A DNA stretch of 64,000 bases, from assembly GCA_001687465.1 (NCBI GenBank), contig LVLI01000128.1, positions 1-64,000 of the forward strand, given 5' to 3'. The translations under genes were made by a program, and so were the position numbers. The notes below the pieces were generated by a model. That model was not told the DNA's origin, made no database searches, and was given only the letters and a program-made list of their open reading frames with translations. This DNA comes from Halocafeteria seosinensis (Eukaryota). Each line of letters opens with the position of its first letter. Position 1 is the stretch's first letter. Below are positions 61,383 through 64,000 of the stretch, piece after piece.

Positions 61383-62459
61383 TCCCTACCCCGTCTGACT
61401 GTCCGTGTGGGTGTTCCAGTTGACTAAGAATAATGTAAGAGTGTGGGGAGACTCCAAAAATATCCTGCCTGCAGAGAACGGGGAGACAATGTATTATAAA
61501 AGATCGAACCAAAGGTTCCGCGGGATTTTTCCTTCCATCAGATTCCTCTTCCTTTTACTCCTCATACGGCACTCACAGATAGAATACTCGCACATTCTAT
61601 TGTATGACACTTACGTGACTATCTGATACGGGTCGTAGCACGGTGAAAACAACGCGAAAAAGCCTCGCTTTCCCTCGAAAAAAGAACAAACACCAAGGCG
61701 CTGTGCTGTGGTCAGATGATGGGTATCCAGAGCCCCCAAACAGCACTTCTTCCCTCTTATTCACCTCTCCCTTCGGTCGATGTCCCACTCCTGGATATAA
61801 GCAACACAACCCAATGAACTCGGGACACAGAAAAAGGTGTTCTGCGGCCGAAACAACCAATTGTAGAGTCCTGGAGCACTACCCGAGAGGTGTCTGTCGG
61901 GCTCTTCGTCCGGCCGGGCCCGGCCAACCGCCCGGATTGCGTGACTTCCACACGGCCACATCATGATTCATGATTCGTTCCTTGGCCGCACTGCGTCAGT
62001 CTGCTTGTACAATTGTACATTGTACAACAGCGTGTATTCAACTTCAACTATCGTAAGTGCCCGTTAGCCGAGGTTGCGCCTCTCCTCATACACTGTGTTG
62101 GGCAATACAAAACGGAACCACTGACGCAACATCGTACCCACAATTCAGCTTATGTGCAGTCGAAGATCCCTGACAAAGAGGATCGGATTCGTCAGACTTC
62201 GATTAGACGGCCTATCAAACAGCTCGTAAACGTTTTGGAGCCCATCCTTCCGTAGGCTTGTGCAAGAAGGACGATTCGGGAATCGTGACGATTCAATCGA
62301 TGAACAACTTCAACTTGCGAAACTTCAACTTGATGTGGAGCGCCATTTCTATTTTTATGAGGCCTGGTGTGTTGTTATGTAGATCACCTTTGTGGCTACT
62401 TTACAAAACATTGGTATGACCTGATTCGCACTAATTGTCTTCGTAGTCCAGTGGTTTGT

Positions 62460-64000
62460 GCACGGTGATGGCTGGGTTTGATTCCGGATTAATTACTTCA
62501 CTACATGGCGGTGCGGCTTCGTACGTACTTTTGTTACGAGTCTGGTACCGATTTAGTGGCTGCCATACGGCTGACCGCTTTGTAGGCGATGTGTACGCAG
62601 AGATGATATCGATAGAATCGAGGAAGCCCTCAGCTCTGGACTGGATGTCGACGCGACACGAAATGGAATTACACCCCTCACAACGGCTGCGCGCCGAGGC
62701 AATGGTATGTTTACGTACGAATCACCGCTAGCCGAAGATAGAATCTTCGTCGTACTAATGCTTGCCGATCCTTTCTTATTGTTGTTGTACAGTTGCCGCA
62801 ATACAGTACTTGGTTTCCCAAGGAGCAACCGTCAACCCAGGAGGCCACACGACTCCATTGCATGCTGTACGTCTCGCCGTTTCTACGCTTTATTCTATGG
62901 CCGAACACGAAGCGTTCCTTTTTCCTTTTGCGGTGAGCAGGCCTCAGAAAATGGGTACCCAAATGCGGTGGAAGCTTTGATTGAAGCGGGAGCGGATTCT
63001 TGTCGTACTGATTCCTTCGGACTGCAGGCGTTCCAAGTAGCAGCCAGCAACGGGCATACAAAAGTAGTTAGGCGACTAGAACGGTTAACGTCGTTATTCT
63101 GTAACCACGTTATGATACAGCGAAGGCTATTCTTTCATATGAAATATCGGAAGGACATGTGGCTCGTAGTCAGGCGACTTGGGCGTGCACATTACAACAC
63201 GTCTGTGCTGCTGTACAAGTCAACAAAACAATCCAAGCCGGCACTAGAATTACTTGCCCCTGTGATTGAACCGATCGAAGAGCAATCGTCCGATGAGTTT
63301 GTGTGCTTTAAACTGTCTGCTCGTGCCACACCAGCAACGACACGGGGTAAGACAACTTCCGAAGCTAAACCGGTTCGGGCAAATTGCCCGCTCACCCTCG
63401 TTGCAGATCGTATGTTGTATAATCTGCTGTGTGAAAGTCTAATTCGAGATAACGTTGTGACAGATACTACGACCGAAAGTGTTCAGGAATCAGAAGAAGA
63501 AACTACTACCCCTGTAGACGCAGCAGAGGAAAGGCTGTTGGTAGCGAAGATCCAAAAGCTTCAGGAGCAGGAGACATTCCTGAACCCTCCATACTTTTGC
63601 TGCCCGATCACTCGCGAAATTATGATTCATCCCGTTGTGGCTGCTGACGGTCATACGTACGAGAAATCTTCCATTTCTCAATGGATTAAAAGATGTCATC
63701 GATCACCTAAAACCAATAGCCGTTTGCTTCATGTCAACCTTGTTCCGAATTATCTCTTGAGGAGCCAAATTAGGGAGTGGGTGGACTCTCAAATGGCTGA
63801 GAGAGGTTTAGTAGTACTAACAGAGGACGGAAAAATGGAGGAAGGACAAGCATCCCACATCCGAATGGAGTCAACCACAGCGGCCGGCTCATGCGATACT
63901 TCTACGACAAACACTGAAGCTTCACCATGTACTACGTCTGCAGCCACTGCAATGGTGGAAAACAAAGCGTCCGTAGAACCAGCTGGAGGCAATGAAGTAC
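62460..64000 (+). CDS. Ankyrin-repeat + U-box E3 ligase-like protein (partial; runs off window, 5' end uncertain)
   Basis: Ankyrin exons: NGITPLTTAARRGN, IQYLVSQGATVN..TPLHAASENGYPNAVEALIEAGAD, QVAASNGHTKVV. U-box at ~63586-63780: PPYFCCPITREIMIHPVVAADGHTYEKSSISQW..SPKTN..LVPNYLLRSQI. The U-box exon is missing from the ORF track because it has no stop within the window. Confidence 0.88.

Noticed and set aside
1..64000. Alternative genetic code, non-canonical introns, tRNA/rRNA genes
   Set aside because: Long ORFs translate into conserved proteins with the standard code, the introns I checked are GT-AG, and I saw no tRNA or rRNA signature by eye (not a substitute for tRNAscan/Infernal).

Overview
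Gene-dense eukaryotic DNA with short (mostly ~50-90 bp) GT-AG spliceosomal introns, the standard genetic code and some very short divergent promoters. A kintoun/DNAAF2 gene implies a flagellated organism; a protist, possibly a stramenopile, is my inference and is not proven. Recognisable genes: eIF1A, large NAD-specific glutamate dehydrogenase, UPRT, queuosine salvage hydrolase QNG1, a TPR protein, a VPS9 GEF, SSADH, USB1, LRRC61-like, kintoun, a fused glycine/sarcosine/dimethylglycine methyltransferase, a FAM20/four-jointed-like kinase, lipase maturation factor, a cNMPx3-PH-RGS protein, a PX-PH-TKL kinase, a bacterial-type AAA-ATPase-like/PD-(D/E)XK gene, GUF1/LepA, LRRC57-like, a two-AP2-domain factor and an ankyrin/U-box protein running off the right edge. 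The most notable observations are five. (1) The AAA-ATPase-like gene has a decayed, internally deleted paralogous relic 30 kb away. (2) A non-LTR retrotransposon relic regains an in-frame endonuclease domain when an exact 151-bp segment is flipped. (3) The betaine-synthesis fusion gene is intronless and sits in an accessory-looking block. (4) The cNMP/PH/RGS protein has a nested domain architecture. (5) A FAM20-like secretory kinase occurs in an apparently non-animal genome. All family calls come from motif recognition by eye; no searches were run, and multi-exon boundaries are approximate.
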